DNA of 64,000 bases from Octopus sinensis (Eukaryota), in contig NC_043003.1 in NCBI RefSeq assembly GCF_006345805.1, positions 59,396,001 through 59,460,000 of the forward strand, written 5' to 3'. A model generated the notes under the pieces. That model saw nothing but the letters and a program-made list of their open reading frames with translations. It had not been told where the DNA came from and ran no database searches. The translations under genes were made by a program, and so were the position numbers. This document shows positions 60,461 to 64,000 of the stretch, piece after piece. Each line of letters begins with the position of its first letter. Within the stretch, counting starts at the first letter, position 1.

Positions 60461-61310
60461 ATATATATATATATATATATTTATGTATGTATTAAACGTT
60501 TTACAATAGCACTCCATTCCTATATAAACATTTATGACTACCCACACCTGCATACTATAACAACCACACACGCAACTCGGAGAGAAATTTTACAAACCAA
60601 ATTTTATCTTGCATGCCATATCTTAGTTATGAGAGTAGTGTTTCGAAAAATACTCTTTCTGAATTCTGGGAAACACGGTTAGATTAAAGGATAATCTTTT
60701 TACGCGGTTACATAGAGTAAAATATTACATCGGCAAAACTGAAGGGCCTCGTTCAACAGCACAGCTGGTCTGAAAAAAGATATTGGTTTGTACCCTTAAA
60801 CAGTTGGCAGAGGAAGGATATATGTTTAGGGTTTACAGTGAGTGCTCATGTAACGGCCAAAGCAAAAATGAGGTAGAAGTAGTGTCGATCAACCTCCATG
60901 CAACCACGATACGAAAATACGTCGGGTCATTAGAAGGCCTCTTTATAGCCTGGCTAAATAATTACAAGATACTCTTTTTTGTATTTAGGAAAGTCGGTAT
61001 GTTACAACCTCAGCTAGCCATACATGGCTATTAAATGATGAATTACTGTGATGAAAGCTTCTTGTTCAATACCTAGTTTATCTCGTTTGTTTCTACTGTC
61101 TTGACACTTATTAAATTTTTTTCGGGTTGGATTATTCTGAAGTCATTAATTCACATAACTTGACACAGAACTGTCGGTGCATAGAAGGAGTTAATAACAT
61201 CATTTTGTGACCACATAAGAACAACACCCCGTCAACTAAGTCGAAAATATTTAGGTGTTGATTATAAATTGTTTGACGAACTTGTGCAATTGCTCTTTGG
61301 CCTACCTACA

Positions 61311-61393
<83 letters not shown>

Positions 61394-63039
61394 TGTGTGT
61401 GCATATATCATATATCACATACATATATAGATACATACACACATAATACATACACATGTGTGTGTGCGCGTGTGTATGTGTGTGTACTGAATCATGTTCT
61501 GTAAATAACATAAAATATATCAAAAGAACAACAATGCAGCATAAATTGTTTTTTATTTATATTGTTACGAGTAAAAATACCGAGCTTTCAATGTTTCATG
61601 CTAAGCACTTATTGTAACTCTTATAACATACCTCATTGTTTGGAATATATTATGTTAATATTGTCTTTAAATACACGACGAGGGCTCTGATTAAGTGCTA
61701 AGCACGGAGCATTTGACAGCATGGAATTGTTCTCGTATTGCATGGTATATACATACATACTTACATACATACATGCATGCATACATTCATACATACGTAC
61801 ATAAATAAATACATACATCCATAAACACACACGTGTATATATATAAGCCAATGTCTCTTTACTCAAAGAAGATGCAAGTATGAATGCATATAGAGAGAAA
61901 CTATATTTTCATGGCATTATTTTCGCGAAAGAATTTAAACAATTCTCGTTAAATTGATTTTCTTTTTTCATTTTCTCTTCATTTTCTTTTTCTTTTTCTT
62001 TTTTTTTGTTTCATTTCAATTTCTTCCTCAGGTATGTTTGTTGTGAACATGAAGATGTAATAATCTGTCTTCGAAACAATTGTGTCTCCGTATCAATTAC
62101 AATTTGAGGCCAATTTTCTGCAATTACGCTGTTCGTGTTATGCAGAAATGTATGAGCATCAAAGAATCTCTTTCGCTACTCAATAAATAATCCAAAAATA
62201 TATTGTGAATCGTTTTTTTTTTTGTTTTATTTCGAATGAAAATATTGAAAAGAGTTTATCCTACACTGTTGTACAGATTATATCTATAAAGTTTATACCA
62301 TGCTGTATTATAGTGTAAATCTTAAACGTTTATGCCTCTTGCGATACCTGATATCTTTAGTGCATTTAGTGTCACGGATATATACATAAAAACATTCTTT
62401 GCATATAGAATAACTTCATAGACAGAAAATGAAGAATCTTCCAAAATAAGTTCTACTACTCATAGAAGTCTCTTAGTATCCTGTTTAGGTACATCTTAAC
62501 AGGAACTTCTTTCGTATTCTCCATAACACAGTGTGGCTTTGGAACAAACGAGTTATCACCATACAGCGTGAGATTTCTCATGAATAGTTTTCTGTTACGC
62601 TTCCAACATCTTCAAATAGCAATTAAAGCACTCTCAAATTATACACAGCTGAAGAACATGCTAACATATATATATTCTTTCGACTAATAAATCGAAAATG
62701 ATCACGACGGGAACGCTCTTGCCCTTAGTTTTACCTTGTCTGGATTTAAACAATAAAGTTTCACGTATTTAAGAAATAGGACGTGCGACAAGATCCAGTT
62801 ATTTTGGAATACATTCTGACTAATAAGTGCAAGAGAAGCAGTTAGGGGACCATTCTGATAACAACTCATTCAATAGATTGTCCATCCATTATACTAAACT
62901 CTTAAATTTCTTCGTGTGCATGTGTATGCTTGTATGTGAATGTATGTACGTATGTATGTATCCCTGCATGTATGTCTGTATGTATGTATATATGGATATA
63001 TGAAACTATATAAATATATGTATGGACAGTTACATATAG

Positions 63040-63070
<31 letters not shown>

Positions 63071-63072
<2 letters not shown>

Positions 63073-63575
63073 AATTAAGGACTGAACGCGAAAAGTGGAC
63101 AGTCAACATGCTAGATATAGACGTCAAATCGCCATCTCCACAAAGATTATGTTCTCAAATCAAACTCAGCACAAAATATGTTCTCTAACCGATAAATTGA
63201 CTGCTGCTAATTATTAGCTGCAGGCTGGTTTTTACGGGTCTCAACGTGCCAAAGTAAAGGCATTTGAAAGATACATTCGAATGTAATAGGTTGAAATCCA
63301 TGCACGCGATACTCCGGTATCGTTTTTGCATTTAGTCCAGCAAATTGCATTCATAACGGACCATGCTGATGAATGTTACAGTTATCCTTGCGGATAATAA
63401 TAACCGAAACTGATCAGTACATGGGTAATTATTTTATTTCGTATATTTTCACTTGTTTATTGCTTTGGTTTTGTGCTGAGTTTGATTTGAGAACATAATC
63501 TTTGTGGAGAATGGCGATTTGACGTCTATATCTAGCATGTTGACTGTCCACTTTTCGTGTTCAGTCCTTAATTGG
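63071..63575. mobile_element. 505-bp MITE with near-perfect TIRs of about 106 bp, inserted in (TA)n
   Basis: 63071-63176 versus 63469-63575: one substitution and one indel; TA flanks; non-coding interior. Confidence 0.92.
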
Positions 63576-63722
63576 TATATATAAATATTTTAATCTTCGG
63601 ATTCTTTTTTAATATGCTAGACCACTGGTTTTAATTGATTAATATCAATTTCTACCCTTAATTAATTTTATATAAATATTGATCTATATATATATATGTA
63701 TATATGTGTGTGTGTATAAATA

Positions 63723-63806
<84 letters not shown>

Positions 63807-63808
63807 GA

Positions 63809-64000
63809 AGGCGCATAGCTCAGTGGTTAGGGCGTAGAGCTTACCATCATGAGGTTGTGAATTCGATTCCCGGACCGGGCTGTGTGTTGTGTTCTTGAAC
63901 AAGACACTTTATTTCATGTTGCTCCAGTTAACTCATCTGTAGAAATGAGTTGCGACGTCACAGGTGTCAAGCTGTATCGGCCTTTGCCTTTCCTTTGGCT
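63809..64000 (+). mobile_element. tRNA-derived SINE (family C), truncated by the window end
   Basis: ggcgcatagctcagtggttagg A box, ttcgattccc B box, gtgttcttgaacaagacacttt core. Confidence 0.85.

Overview
AT-rich, microsatellite-saturated eukaryotic DNA. The SINE families and (TA)n/(TATG)n/(GATA)n load look like an octopus (coleoid cephalopod) genome; this is an inference from recognition, not a database result. No complete, nameable gene is visible, and nearly all ORFs in the supplied track are microsatellite artefacts or transposon remnants. The window holds decayed Tc1/mariner elements (mariner DD34D-type x3, maT/DD37D, DD41D-like), CR1/L2-type LINE remnants, four R4/Dong-type (restriction-like endonuclease) LINE remnants abutting microsatellites, tRNA-derived SINEs, several foldback/MITE elements in TA tracts, two near-identical tandem duplications (907 bp and about 1.88 kb) and a 100-N gap. 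Several splice-signal-bounded open exon candidates form phase-compatible chains leftward from about 2.9 kb (minus strand) and rightward from about 5.9 kb (plus strand). Most notable: minimal hammerhead-ribozyme motifs in several repeat families, especially a 1.2-kb palindromic element (58279-59515) made of two divergent tRNA-like Pol III heads, each followed by (AAT)n and a hammerhead-bearing Penelope-like tail.
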